Origin: Candidatus Latescibacterota bacterium
GTDB lineage: Bacteria; Latescibacterota; UBA2968; UBA8231
NCBI GenBank assembly: GCA_965206595.1
Contig: OZ242214.1
Location: forward strand, 6,720,001-6,784,000
Reading direction: 5' to 3'
DNA length: 64,000 nucleotides
Each line of letters opens with the position of its first letter. Within the stretch, counting starts at the first letter, position 1. Made by a program: the position numbers and the translations under genes. Under the pieces are notes generated by a model. It was not told the DNA's origin and ran no database searches. It worked only from the letters and a program-made list of their open reading frames with translations. Shown here piece by piece: positions 9,738 to 20,282 of this stretch.

Positions 9738-12700
9738 ATGGCGCCATTCTTCCGCTGCCGCTTCCTGCTCGCAGTCGCGCTCCCCGCAATCGCCGCCCTC
9801 CCGTCGAACGCCGGCGGCAATACCTACCTCGAGATGATGACGGTTCATCTCGATGCCCCGGTGACGCGGCTGCCGCCTCCCGCGGACGCCGGGGCGCGCA
9901 GAGAGACGTTCTCCCGGCGCCACTCCCCCGAACAGGCCGAGCAGCTCGCCCACCGGCTGTTCGCGCTCTGGGACCGGGAGCAACGGCGCAGCAGCCCCCT
10001 GCCGGTCACGCGGCGGCTCGACGCGCGCAAGGCCGCGGTCGTCGAGCTGTACGAGCAGGGGAAGTACCAGGAGGCCCTCGACGCCTTCCGCGCCTACTTC
10101 TTCGCCAAGGTGCTGCTGCTGTGGAACGACGAGAAGGGCCTGGTTTCGAGGGAGTTCGAAATGCGTTTCGCCCGCGACTGGGCTACCCGGAACTTCGAGG
10201 ACAACGTCACCCTGCTGATGGAGAACACCTACCAGGCGCGCACCACCAAGGAGACCGTGCACCTCGGTGAGATGGGGGCCCTGCGCTGGGACTGGCAGCC
10301 CGAGGGATTGCAGAACCCCTGGTACACTCCGCTGGTGTTCGAGTACTTCGCCTCGGAGCACAACCTCCGCACGCTCTGGTGGAAGTTCGTCGACACCGGG
10401 GACCGCAGGTACCTCGACAAGTACCTCGAGTACTACGACGACTACACGATGAACTGCCGCGTCCAGGAAAACCTCAACCCCCTCAACCTCGACTACGGCA
10501 AGCAGGGACACGGCAACTGCGAGCATTTCATTCACGCGCTCTCGGAAATCGCCCGCGTGCTGCCCCCCGGAGGGGAGGGTTTCCCCTCGACGACCCTGGC
10601 GCGCATACTGGTCCGGCAGCTGACCGTCCTGCTGCCGCAGTCGCTCTACTACAACCGCGAGCAAAGCGGCAACCACTCCTGCGGGGCCGTCCACGTGCAG
10701 CAGTTCCTCAGCTATTTTCTCTACGACTTCAGGATCGCCAGGCTGCTCGAGAACGAGTCGCGCCGCCAGTTCGAGATCTACAACGCCCTCATCGACCTGC
10801 CGGACGGCTCCATGTACGGACGCATGGCCGGGTACAGCCGCCACGAGCTCACCGAGAACTCCGTCTACCTCGACAGGATCAGGGAAGCCGACCCCGAGTG
10901 GCTCACCCCCAGCCGGGAGCTGGAGTACGAGGACCGCCTCGCCGAACGCGTGTTCTGGTACCTCAACCTCTTCGAAGCCGGCGGCGAGGTGCTGAACGGC
11001 GTATCGACCGACCGCCGCAACGCCGACTTCAGCACCCGGGTGAACCTCGTCGCCCGCTCCCAGCCCCGGGCCCTGATGGATCCTTCCCTGCAGGCCATCG
11101 CCGCGACCATCCTGCGCAACCAGACCGGTCCCGACTGGCGCGGAACCACCTGGACCGATGCGGACAATCCCCTGCTCAAGGGGGGCCTGTTCGCCGGCGA
11201 GGCTCCGCCCTACACCTCGATCAGCTTTCCCTACAACCACATCAGCATCATGCGCTCCGGGTGGGACGCCCGCCGAGACCAGGCCGGCTTGTTCCTGCAC
11301 TCGAGCGGCCGCGGCCTCGACGGCGGCCTGTTCCTGCGGGCCAAGAACTGCAACTCCCTCACCCTCAGCGCCTTCGACCAGACGCTGCTCGTCCAGGGCA
11401 TCCCCTACGCCTACCACTACGTGCGCAGCCCGATTCAGGTCGACGGCCAGGACCAGTTCGCCCGCGCCGGCATCACCGGACACGGACGCAAGGGAGAGCA
11501 CCAGCCCGGGCTGGCGCCTCTCTCCCCCTGGCGCACCCATCACAGCGCCGCCTTCGACCTCGCCGAGGGGAAGTACGACGGGATCTACAGCGACTCTCCC
11601 GATCACGAGCCCATGCTCTACCACTACGACGTCAACCTCGAGATCCTCGCCGGCGCCCTCGAAGGGGAGATCTCCCACCACCGCATCGTCCAGTTCGCCA
11701 AGGAGCAGGGGGTCTGGTTCCTCCTCGACATCATGGAAGCGGACCGGGCGCGGAGCTACCGGCAGCAATGGTGGATGCCGAAGCTGACGGAGAAGAACCC
11801 GGAGGGGTACGAGAAGGAGTGGGTCTCCGCCGATCCCGGCAGAGGCATGTTCCATTCCCATGCCGGAGAAAAACCGAACCTGTCGATGTACCACGCCGGC
11901 CCCGTGCTGCTGGAAACCGGCGAGAAGCAGGCCCTGAGCTACAACCCGGTGAAGACCTACACCCTGCAGGAGGAGTGGTACAAGGGGTACCGCGCCGACC
12001 GCAGGCCGGGAGGGGAGTTCCTCCACCTCGCCGCTGACTGGGAGAGCGGGCCCGGCAGGAGTCAGCTCATCACCGTCATCCACCCGCGGCCGCAGGGGCA
12101 GTCCGAAAAGGAGCTGCGGGTCGAGCGGAGCCACGGCGGCAAGGGAGTCTCCGTGGTATTGGAGAACGGCGACCGCATCGATTTCGTCGCCGACGGCCTC
12201 GAGTCGAGCCTGACCGTGCGCAAAGCCGGAGAAGAAACCGAACGCGGCCTGGTACTCGGGGAAGAGGAGAGCTACGAGTTCGCGCGGGACGGCCATGCCG
12301 AGGAGCGCTTCCCCATCCTTCGCGCCATCGGCGAGCTGGCGATCCGGCCGGACATATCCGCCTTCGCCGAGGAAGTCACCGTGACCATCGCCTGCCCGGA
12401 CGAGGACGTCGACATCCGCTACACCACCGACGGCAGCGATCCCACCCTCGCGTCCGACCTGTACACGGGAGGACTCACCTTTTCGGAATCTCTTACCCTG
12501 AAGGCGCGCGCATTCAGGAACTGGCTGACGGAGATGCCGGCGAACCGGGCCGGCAACACCTTGATGAGCCGCGTCTACCGGGCAGTGTACGTCAGGGAGT
12601 CGCCGCACGAGCCCCTGCCGGATTCACTGGCGGAAAGCCTCGAGCCCGGGCTCAGGTACAGCTACTACGAAGACCAGTGGCCGAAGCTGTTGTTCGGGGC

Positions 12701-13220
12701 GCCCCTGACCGAGGCGGCGAAAACCGGGACGGTAGGTTCCGCTTTCGACACGGGGCCCCGCTCAGGCAGAGAGAAGCAGGCTTTCGCCTTTCGCTACAAG
12801 GGGTTCTTCAGGGCCCCCGAGGACGGGATCTACACCCTGTTCGCACCGGAGGAGTTCGTCAGGTACGCGCCGCTGGCCGGGTACGATCTCGACGTCCGCC
12901 TCGGGTACGAGAACAGGTGGGAGGGTGGTTCAAAGGCAGAGGTCGGGCCGGGGTCGCCCCTGCAGCAGTGGTATCCGGGCACGCGGCGGCACGCCCTCGG
13001 CAACTGGTCGATTTATCTGAAGGAGGGGTACCACCCGATCGAAATCTATTTCGCGGACATCCGCCCCGGGGGGTACCTCGAATACATGCAGTTCGACTAC
13101 GACGGCGTCAACGTCCCGGGGCTGATCGAGCGCTACTGGACCGGGGAGGTTCCGGAACTCGAGATCGCCGGCCCCGGAATCGAGCGGCAGCCGATTATGG
13201 CGGACCTGCTGTATCACTGA
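9738..13220 (+). CDS. large secreted heparinase II/III-like protein with FN3-associated and PA14-like domains
   Basis: Signal peptide; helical region with QSGNH and DLPDGS; IMRSGW lyase-type motif; IRYTTDGSDPT; PGLRYSYY...LKEGYHPIEI. Confidence 0.7.
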   Translation: MAPFFRCRFLLAVALPAIAALPSNAGGNTYLEMMTVHLDAPVTRLPPPADAGARRETFSRRHSPEQAEQLAHRLFALWDREQRRSSPLPVTRRLDARKAAVVELYEQGKYQEALDAFRAYFFAKVLLLWNDEKGLVSREFEMRFARDWATRNFEDNVTLLMENTYQARTTKETVHLGEMGALRWDWQPEGLQNPWYTPLVFEYFASEHNLRTLWWKFVDTGDRRYLDKYLEYYDDYTMNCRVQENLNPLNLDYGKQGHGNCEHFIHALSEIARVLPPGGEGFPSTTLARILVRQLTVLLPQSLYYNREQSGNHSCGAVHVQQFLSYFLYDFRIARLLENESRRQFEIYNALIDLPDGSMYGRMAGYSRHELTENSVYLDRIREADPEWLTPSRELEYEDRLAERVFWYLNLFEAGGEVLNGVSTDRRNADFSTRVNLVARSQPRALMDPSLQAIAATILRNQTGPDWRGTTWTDADNPLLKGGLFAGEAPPYTSISFPYNHISIMRSGWDARRDQAGLFLHSSGRGLDGGLFLRAKNCNSLTLSAFDQTLLVQGIPYAYHYVRSPIQVDGQDQFARAGITGHGRKGEHQPGLAPLSPWRTHHSAAFDLAEGKYDGIYSDSPDHEPMLYHYDVNLEILAGALEGEISHHRIVQFAKEQGVWFLLDIMEADRARSYRQQWWMPKLTEKNPEGYEKEWVSADPGRGMFHSHAGEKPNLSMYHAGPVLLETGEKQALSYNPVKTYTLQEEWYKGYRADRRPGGEFLHLAADWESGPGRSQLITVIHPRPQGQSEKELRVERSHGGKGVSVVLENGDRIDFVADGLESSLTVRKAGEETERGLVLGEEESYEFARDGHAEERFPILRAIGELAIRPDISAFAEEVTVTIACPDEDVDIRYTTDGSDPTLASDLYTGGLTFSESLTLKARAFRNWLTEMPANRAGNTLMSRVYRAVYVRESPHEPLPDSLAESLEPGLRYSYYEDQWPKLLFGAPLTEAAKTGTVGSAFDTGPRSGREKQAFAFRYKGFFRAPEDGIYTLFAPEEFVRYAPLAGYDLDVRLGYENRWEGGSKAEVGPGSPLQQWYPGTRRHALGNWSIYLKEGYHPIEIYFADIRPGGYLEYMQFDYDGVNVPGLIERYWTGEVPELEIAGPGIERQPIMADLLYH

Positions 13221-13571
13221 TCGGAGGAGCCCTCCCATACCTCGGGGAAGCATGGGCAATACCCGGTTCGTTCCTGGCGGGAGACCCCGTCGAGCTTGGA
13301 GAGCACCCGGCCCCGAGGGATCATCTTCCGCCTCAACACCAACGGCGAGAAGGGGCCGGGACCGGATCAGCGTTTGCGCGGTTCAACCAGGAGTGGCTGA
13401 CCGGGACCGATGAGCTGTGAGCGCCGCGAACGGGCGCTGGAAAGACGGAACAGAAGGGGCAGGGATGAGCCGGTGCCTTTCCCGGGCATGAAGGTACCTG
13501 GGGTACCCCCATTACAACCCCCCGCAGCGATGATCGCGACCGCCCCGTTGGGCGGCGCTGGCATTTTCCTC

Positions 13572-14515
13572 CTACTTGAGGCAGAGCAGCTTCCGGGACT
13601 GCACTCCATCGGGGTAGTACAGACGTATCAGGTAGACCCCTGCCGCCACCGCGGCCCCCCGCTGGTCAAGGGCGTCCCAGTGGACCTGGTAGAAGCCGGC
13701 GGCCTGGACTTGATCTATCAGCGTGCGCACAGGCTGGCCCAAGGCATTGTAGATCTCCAGCCGCACCGGGCCGGGAGTGGCCAGGCGATAGGCGATCTGA
13801 GTTGTGCTGTTGAAGGGGTTGGGGAAATTGGGCGACAGACCGCTGACGGCTGGTCCCTCCGACGCCGCCCCTTCCTTTGCCGCGTCCAGCCGTTCGACGG
13901 CAACCATCCGTACATCGCCGCCCAATGTCAGTTCCAGGATCTGGCGCCGGTTGCGGTTAAGAGGGATGCTGTTCCATTGGCTCACGATCTCGCCGGCCGG
14001 GTTGCGGGCGCGGGCGCGGTAGAAGCCGCTGACGCCGGGCGGTGCCGGGCTGGTGATGGACAGGGCCGCGCGGCCGGCCGAGTCGGTGACCGCGCTCCAT
14101 GCGTAGTCGGGTCGGCGACCGGAGATGGCGCGGGAAAACTCGACGGTCAAGCTCTCGACCGCGTCGCCCAGGATCGTGGCTTCCACTTCCGTGCGGGAAA
14201 GGGGCGTCGAATCGGGGGTAGCCACCGGTGGGGTTGTGATGTAAGGCGACATGTCCCACAGTAGAACCGTGCCGTCCCAACTCCACTGGCCAGGGTGGTC
14301 CCATCCGGCGAGAAAGCCACCGAAATGACCGCATGCGTATGCCCTTGGAAGGTGGCCTTCTCCTGCCCGCTAGCCAGCTCCCACAACACAACAGTTCTGT
14401 CGTCACTGGCACTGGCCAGGGTGGTCCCGTCCGGCGAGAAAGCCACCGACTCGACAGACGACGTATGCCCTTGTAGGGTGGCCTTCTCCTGCCCGCTGGC
14501 CACATCCCACAACCG
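13572..14515 (-). pseudogene. 3' part of split WD40 + FlgD-like gene (2 WD40 repeats, frameshift near 14282, FlgD Ig-like C-terminal domain)
   Basis: RLWDVASGQEKATLQGH repeats; GGA AGT TGG reduced to GGA GT TGG; NFPNPFNSTTQIAYRL...EIYNALGQPVRTL. Confidence 0.85.
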
Positions 14516-14777
14516 AACCGTATGGAAACCCCCCCTCATCCACTTCCCAGGAGCTTCCAACTCTCTGGGGCCATTCTTCCTGGAAGGGGAAGGCAAGGAA
14601 ACCCTGCCACAACCGCTCCCTCGATCTGGGCCGTAAACACGCGGTGGAGGGCAATCGGAAGGAGGCAGAGTCAGCCTTAGATACGAAAAGGCAGTAGTAG
14701 TCTCAATAACAACGAGGTAGTTAAAGGAGCCCATTTGGAACTACCGTACAACGTCCCTGTGCAACGGTTACCTATCA

Positions 14778-15170
14778 TCATGGCAACAAGGTTCTGTATC
14801 TGATCCCCAGCATCAGACCCGCTTCGCACAAGCGGTGGGTAAGAGAGATGTCGTCATTGCTGAGGGCAGGGTCACCGCTGGGGTGATTGTGGGCAAGGAT
14901 AATACCGTTAGCGCCCTTGAGAATCGGGGCCTTGAACGCTTCCCGAGGGTGCACGATGGAGGCCGCTTGACTGCCGATAGACGTACCTTCGTGCGCTACG
15001 ACCCTGTTCCTTGCATCGAGGTGGAGAACGATAAAAACCTCCCTGTCACAGTTCCGGAAGTCTTCCAGGCTGTTCAGGTAGGTGATGACTTCTCCAGGAC
15101 TGGTAAGGGCTTCGCTGCACACGTCTTGCCATATCTGTCTGATCTTGACTTCGGTCAATTCGAGCTTCAC
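14778..15170 (-). CDS. radC: RadC/JAB domain protein, C-terminally truncated
   Basis: DREVF, VHPRE, IILAHNHPSGDP..S..D motifs; lacks the usual LLDH segment after GI. Confidence 0.8.
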   Translation of the reverse strand: MKLELTEVKIRQIWQDVCSEALTSPGEVITYLNSLEDFRNCDREVFIVLHLDARNRVVAHEGTSIGSQAASIVHPREAFKAPILKGANGIILAHNHPSGDPALSNDDISLTHRLCEAGLMLGIRYRTLLP

Positions 15171-15178
15171 GGTAGTTC

Positions 15179-15230
15179 CTTTCTGGTTAATTGTGGGTAC
15201 TACTCTTTCTGGTTAATTGTGGGTACTACT
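15179..15230. repeat. 26-bp tandem duplication
   Basis: CTTTCTGGTTAATTGTGGGTACTACT twice, just upstream of radC. Confidence 0.85.
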
Positions 15231-15372
15231 GTAGTACTACTCTTAACTGCAGTACAGATATCTCCCCCTCCCAACAGATACCCTCCCCCTCTTGCCCTGC
15301 CGAAAGGGAGTTCGTACCTTGCCCAATTCCAACAATACAAGCGGGTGGTGGATTCCCCCGGAAAGGACTTCT

Positions 15373-17342
15373 ATGGCTCTAAAGAAGCTCGGAAACAGCT
15401 ACCTCGTCGGTGCCAGCGATAGCGCACAGGCATCATTCGACGAAGACATCAATTACCGGGGGTGGAAGGATTTCCTCGTGTGGGTACCTTCGTACGACTC
15501 CGATCAGCAGGCCGTGATTACCGGGTATTCCGACAACCCGGATTCCTGGATAGATGCCTCCCTCTACCGCTGCAGCAATCTCCTGGATGATCCAGGGACG
15601 TTTGTGGACGATGAATCCGTACGATCCCTGACACGGGCAGCAGGAGGAGGGTCCATGACGTTTGAGTTCGGCCCGGAACCAGCTCGCCTTTCCGGGCTGT
15701 TCCGTCTCCGAATCAAGCCAAGAGACAATGATTCGATGTTCACGGTGAACTTTCAGAACCTTCCCTGGTATGCCCTGGAGTGCTGGGAGCCGCGCAATAA
15801 TTTCTACATATTCGGTATCTCCGGTGGCGCTCCCATCGAACAGTATTTCTTCATTCCAAGGCTGACCGAGGATGACGATTATGTTCGGGTGCGGTTGCAG
15901 ACCGGGAACAACATCGAAAACGCACGGCTCGACATATACACGGAAACCGGGGAAGATCCAATTGCTACGGCGATATGCAAAGGTATAAATGCAGCAGGTG
16001 ACGATCACCCCTGGTACGATACCGCCCGGATCGATGGAGACGACCTTCCCTCAGAGTATCCAGGAGGGATATATCGTTTCCGTCTTACGGAAGCTTTAGA
16101 TGATATCGAACAACCTTCCGGAAATACCTGGGTGCGGTTTTCCAAGAACGTAGTTCCGTACTTTTCGGGTAGTGCCGAGCGGTTGATTTATCCGATTCTC
16201 CATCAGAGGATCGATCCGGTTTCATATGTCGATGAGCCGCAGTCTCACCGGCTATACCTGACAGTTCCCCGGACCGTCCCTTCGGGAGAGACGGCTATAA
16301 TTCCCGAAGCCAGTGAACTGAAGTTGAAAACGGGAACGTCGCCGGAATCGGACACGACAACGGGCTTTTCCGTTATCACGACGCTGACCTTGGATTCACC
16401 CCAGAAGATCGAAAGAGGAGCTGATTTTGTCGCGCAACTCCTGGATGGGGATACGGTAGTCGCGGACAGCACCGACAAGGTCGATACTCTTTACGGCATT
16501 CGGGAGCCTGTATACGACAGCGACTTTCCCGAGAAGCTGATACCCGCTTGGGATAACGGGAACGGCAGATATACCTCCCAGGACATGAGTGCCGGACATA
16601 TAAACACGATACAGACGAGTGACGAAACATCCATACCGAACATTGTTGACATATAAACACGATACAGACGAGTGACGAAACATCCATACCGAACATTGTT
16701 GCAACATCCTGGGGTGCTCTGTACACACCTCCAGAGCAATGCAATCCTACAATAAAGGCTTGGTTCAAGACAGAGGTCGAAGGAGAATACCCGAATGCAA
16801 ACAGCGAGAATGTTCGCTTTTGGGCCATCCGAGACGAACCCGACAGCGGCCCTGGGTATTACCGGGCTTCTGGAAAGGTCTATCCGGTAACTGCTCTCAA
16901 GGACTTGTATGATGCGTTTCTATGCTATACGGGTTATACAAGCAAGCCCTTTCAAATCACCATCCAGCACACCATTTTCATCGAGGAATTCAGCCGAGCG
17001 TGCGACATTATTGGCAGCGATCCCTACGTCTGTGCAGTGAAGCATACCGAGAATTACAGGCGAGTGCGGGACTGCGTAGCGGAGCTGACGTACAATCAAA
17101 AGGCTCAACAAAAGCGAATGATTATCATGTGGTGGTGGGACCCGAAAGTAGGGGCGGGAACAGCCGTTGAAGTATCCCTTTTCGAAGACGCATTCGAAGA
17201 AGCAACGGGTATGGAGAGCATAGGCGGATGGAACTTTTCCGCTGGAGGGTATCCGGTGGAGAACCCGCTGAACACTGGTGATCCTGATTTATGGACGGCG
17301 ATAACAAACAAGAACAACGACTGGATCAATCCGACAGAGTAA
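15373..17342 (+). pseudogene. about 638-aa protein with glycoside hydrolase-like C-terminal part, frameshifted by a 53-bp duplication
   Basis: AAGGA SD before ATG 15373; removing one copy joins ORFs 15292-16656 and 16905-17342; FWAIRDEPD and DIIGSDPY motifs. Confidence 0.7.
16595..16700. repeat. 53-bp perfect tandem duplication
   Basis: GACATATAAACACG...CCGAACATTGTT at 16595-16647 and 16648-16700. Confidence 0.92.
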
Positions 17343-17344
17343 GA

Positions 17345-18355
17345 ATGGGGAAGTTTATTCTGGCCGGTGTATTTCTGTTTCTGTCGATTTTCCCGGCAAA
17401 AAGCCAGACGAGCTTGATTACTTGGAAAGGGTGCGGGGGGCTTTGTGCGATGGACCCCGATAAGCGCGGTGCCTCTCCGGCTCCCCTTTTCCTTGGGTTA
17501 GGTCTCGAAGGGTCTATTGCGCAACACGATTGGTCTCTGGATGGAGAAAAAGTCGCGTTTACCGTTTATTCCGGAACGGCACCCAATAGCGATGTATGGA
17601 GCATCCGGACAGACGGAACGAATCTCAAGCAGCTCGTGCGGCAGCGGCGCAAGTGTCCGTTTGGGGGGAAATACGACGGTGGAAATAATGGTTTATGCGT
17701 CCCCGTTTTCAGTGATGGACTTTCCTGGTCTCCCGATGGGTCTGAAATTGCCCTCCTACATGGAAACGGAATCACCTATTTCATACAACCGGAAGAATTC
17801 CAGATAGAGGAACCGTCTGATTTCGCTACGAGGTTCCTTTATTCGAGACAGGCAGGAGAGATAAGGTTCAGCGCATTTCAAATCGACTGGGCTCCCGATG
17901 GTCGTATATACATCGGTAAACATAATGAAGAATGGGAAATATTGTCTTTCAATCGAGACGGATCTGGGGAGGAATTACATGTCCGAAATGGTATATTTCC
18001 GGCAGTTTCTCCAAATGGAGAAAGGCTTGCGTTCCATTGGGCCGGAGGGCGATCCTACCTTAGGAAGGACAGCCTTTTCGTAGCGGACATTGACGGCAGA
18101 AATATTCGGTATCTGACAGAAGGAAGCAGACCTTCCTGGTCTCCTGATTCTCAGCGCATTGTTTTCCTTGAATTCTTAGGAAAAGGACGAGGCGAGGGAC
18201 GAATCGGAATAATTAATGAAGATGGAACCGGCCTGGATATCTTGCATGAGTTTTCGATTTGGCTTGATGATGTTGACTGGTCTCCCTGGCTGAACACACC
18301 GACAGGGGTCTCCCCAGCTTCCTGGGGAGAAGTGAAGCGGGAGTTTTCGGAATGA
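17345..18355 (+). CDS. secreted TolB-like (PD40) beta-propeller with C-terminal SWGEVK motif
   Basis: Signal peptide MGKFILAGVFLFLSIFPAKS; repeated WSPDG-type motifs; ends VSPASWGEVKREFSE. Confidence 0.85.
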   Translation: MGKFILAGVFLFLSIFPAKSQTSLITWKGCGGLCAMDPDKRGASPAPLFLGLGLEGSIAQHDWSLDGEKVAFTVYSGTAPNSDVWSIRTDGTNLKQLVRQRRKCPFGGKYDGGNNGLCVPVFSDGLSWSPDGSEIALLHGNGITYFIQPEEFQIEEPSDFATRFLYSRQAGEIRFSAFQIDWAPDGRIYIGKHNEEWEILSFNRDGSGEELHVRNGIFPAVSPNGERLAFHWAGGRSYLRKDSLFVADIDGRNIRYLTEGSRPSWSPDSQRIVFLEFLGKGRGEGRIGIINEDGTGLDILHEFSIWLDDVDWSPWLNTPTGVSPASWGEVKREFSE

Positions 18356-18552
18356 ATAGGATCTTCAAAGCTCTTTTGATCGCCATTGGAGTTTTTATTT
18401 TCCTCCTGATCATGTGGGCTATTCCATGAGCATCGCCCTGGCTGTTATTGCTGTAACCTCTGTCCTGGTAATTCGTCGTCATTAGTCATCCTCTGGATTC
18501 GATTCATTGGGAGGTGGAAAGGGAGGGGAAGTAGGTTTCCCCTCCCTCACTT

Positions 18553-18846
18553 ATGATCTTCAGAGACAGACTTACAGAAACTCTCCTGAACATCGGCGAA
18601 GCTCAAATTGAGAAAGGGAAGTTCAACTCCCTGGCCGACAGCTTTCTCGTGCGCGAACTGATCCGTCTGGGCCTGGTTCTGTCCAAGGGTCTCAAGGAGG
18701 AAAAATACCGCGACCTGCGGCTTACCAGGCGCGGCAAGGAGTTGTATGTCCGGGAGACGATGAAGAGCCCGGAAACCCTTAGAGGGCGATCAGAGGAAGC
18801 ACTGAGAAAGCTGATCTATCTCGACTTCGAGGAGGAGAATCCGTGA
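18553..18846 (+). CDS. small hypothetical protein, winged-helix-like
   Basis: 97 aa; LIRLGLV...LRLTRRGKEL resembles a wHTH wing. Confidence 0.5.
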   Translation: MIFRDRLTETLLNIGEAQIEKGKFNSLADSFLVRELIRLGLVLSKGLKEEKYRDLRLTRRGKELYVRETMKSPETLRGRSEEALRKLIYLDFEEENP

Positions 18847-19205
18847 CTCGATTTATTGGTTTCATAGCCATGGCAGTCCTGGTTGCTTGCTCGGGGGACA
18901 AGGTGTTGAGCCCTCAGGCTGCTCCCAAGCGCGTCTCAAGCGGTATCATCTTCGGCAACGAAGGACTTGCGAATCCCTAATTCAGGTGTGGAGAATTGAC
19001 GCTCCCCTATGATTCTGCGGGAGCGTCGTCACTGCACTTCTACACCCTCCTTCCCGTTGAAGTGACGTGAAGCTTGACCGCTCGGGTAAGCTCGAACATG
19101 GAAACCTTGTTTCAATCCACCAGGGCGCGAAGCGCGGCATCCGTATGGATGTACGGGGCTTCCCCTTCCAGACCATTCTCGATGATGTAATCCCCCACCA
19201 GCTCG

Positions 19206-20282
19206 ATGATCTTTACCCAGGACAGCGGCACGTCTCCGACAATGACAGACAGCTCGGGGGAGGGTTGGTACAACTCTGAGGGCATTAGGGGCTCCCTTTC
19301 TGTTGGTTATTTTTTTGCATTGATCCTGACTGTCCCTGCACAGGCATGGCTATCCTGGTCGCCACAGGGGGATCGATTTGTGTATTCCACAGGGTCAGCA
19401 CAGTGGGGAGTGCCGGAAGGAGAAGTGTTTGTAGTTAACGCCTACACGAAGCAGTCTGTTGCACTCGGACCCGGGGTAAAGCCCGATTGGTCTCCCGTCG
19501 ATGACATTATTATTCTTCAACGCTTCGATGAGATATCCACCGTAAAGACAGACGGCTCAGGCTTACAGAAGATTGCCGAAACAAGCGGAGATCTAATAGG
19601 CTGGTCTCCAGATGGAAGCCGCTTTGCCTGGTGGAAGGGAAGTCTTGGGAAAGGCGTTTCTGTTTACATCAAGGAAACTGACAGAGACAGTATCCAGGTT
19701 ATTGAGCTTGACGACACCCGCATAGGAATCGGTTCTTGGGAGCCTTCTGGAATAGTCGTCTATAGCAATTCAGGCTGGGGACAACGAGAATCCGAACTGA
19801 CCTATGTGTCGATTTTGGATGTAGAGACCGGGCCAGCGGTATTGATAGACGGACTGAGGTTGTGCACCGAGGGAACCTCGGACTGGACTTCAGATGGCCG
19901 TCCGGCATGTTCATGGTGGGGATACATGGCAGGCGATTATACAGGATGGATCAACGCAGTAACCTTCTACGGGAAAACAATAACCGTTGTGGAAGGCTTG
20001 CTTCGTCCCTCCCATCCCTCCTGGTCTCCTGATGGCAGGAGGCTTGCATTCGACCTGGAGCTCCCTGATTCCACAAACGAGATTTTCATTGCCGAAGGAG
20101 AAGGTCTTGAGGAAATCCGACAAATAACCTTTGATGGACAGGGGAATTACCACCCCAAGTGGAGCCCTGATGGAGACGTTATTGTTTACCAGACTGACTC
20201 GTCTCTTGCGTTCATATCTCCGGAAACGCCTTCAAATGTTGGGCTAATTAGCTGGGGAGAGGTCAAACGCAAAGGAGAGTAG
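19206..20282 (+). CDS. second secreted TolB-like (PD40) beta-propeller with C-terminal SWGEVK motif; start uncertain
   Basis: Hydrophobic signal FFALILTVPAQA; multiple WSPDG; ends NVGLISWGEVKRKGE. Confidence 0.8.
   Translation: MIFTQDSGTSPTMTDSSGEGWYNSEGIRGSLSVGYFFALILTVPAQAWLSWSPQGDRFVYSTGSAQWGVPEGEVFVVNAYTKQSVALGPGVKPDWSPVDDIIILQRFDEISTVKTDGSGLQKIAETSGDLIGWSPDGSRFAWWKGSLGKGVSVYIKETDRDSIQVIELDDTRIGIGSWEPSGIVVYSNSGWGQRESELTYVSILDVETGPAVLIDGLRLCTEGTSDWTSDGRPACSWWGYMAGDYTGWINAVTFYGKTITVVEGLLRPSHPSWSPDGRRLAFDLELPDSTNEIFIAEGEGLEEIRQITFDGQGNYHPKWSPDGDVIVYQTDSSLAFISPETPSNVGLISWGEVKRKGE

Noticed and set aside
9618-12608. 996-aa and other long antisense or alternate-frame ORFs across the window (for example 7731-9404, 31119-33485, 43911-45584)
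   Set aside because: Shadow ORFs of high-GC genes: low-complexity composition, no family motifs, and they overlap well-supported genes
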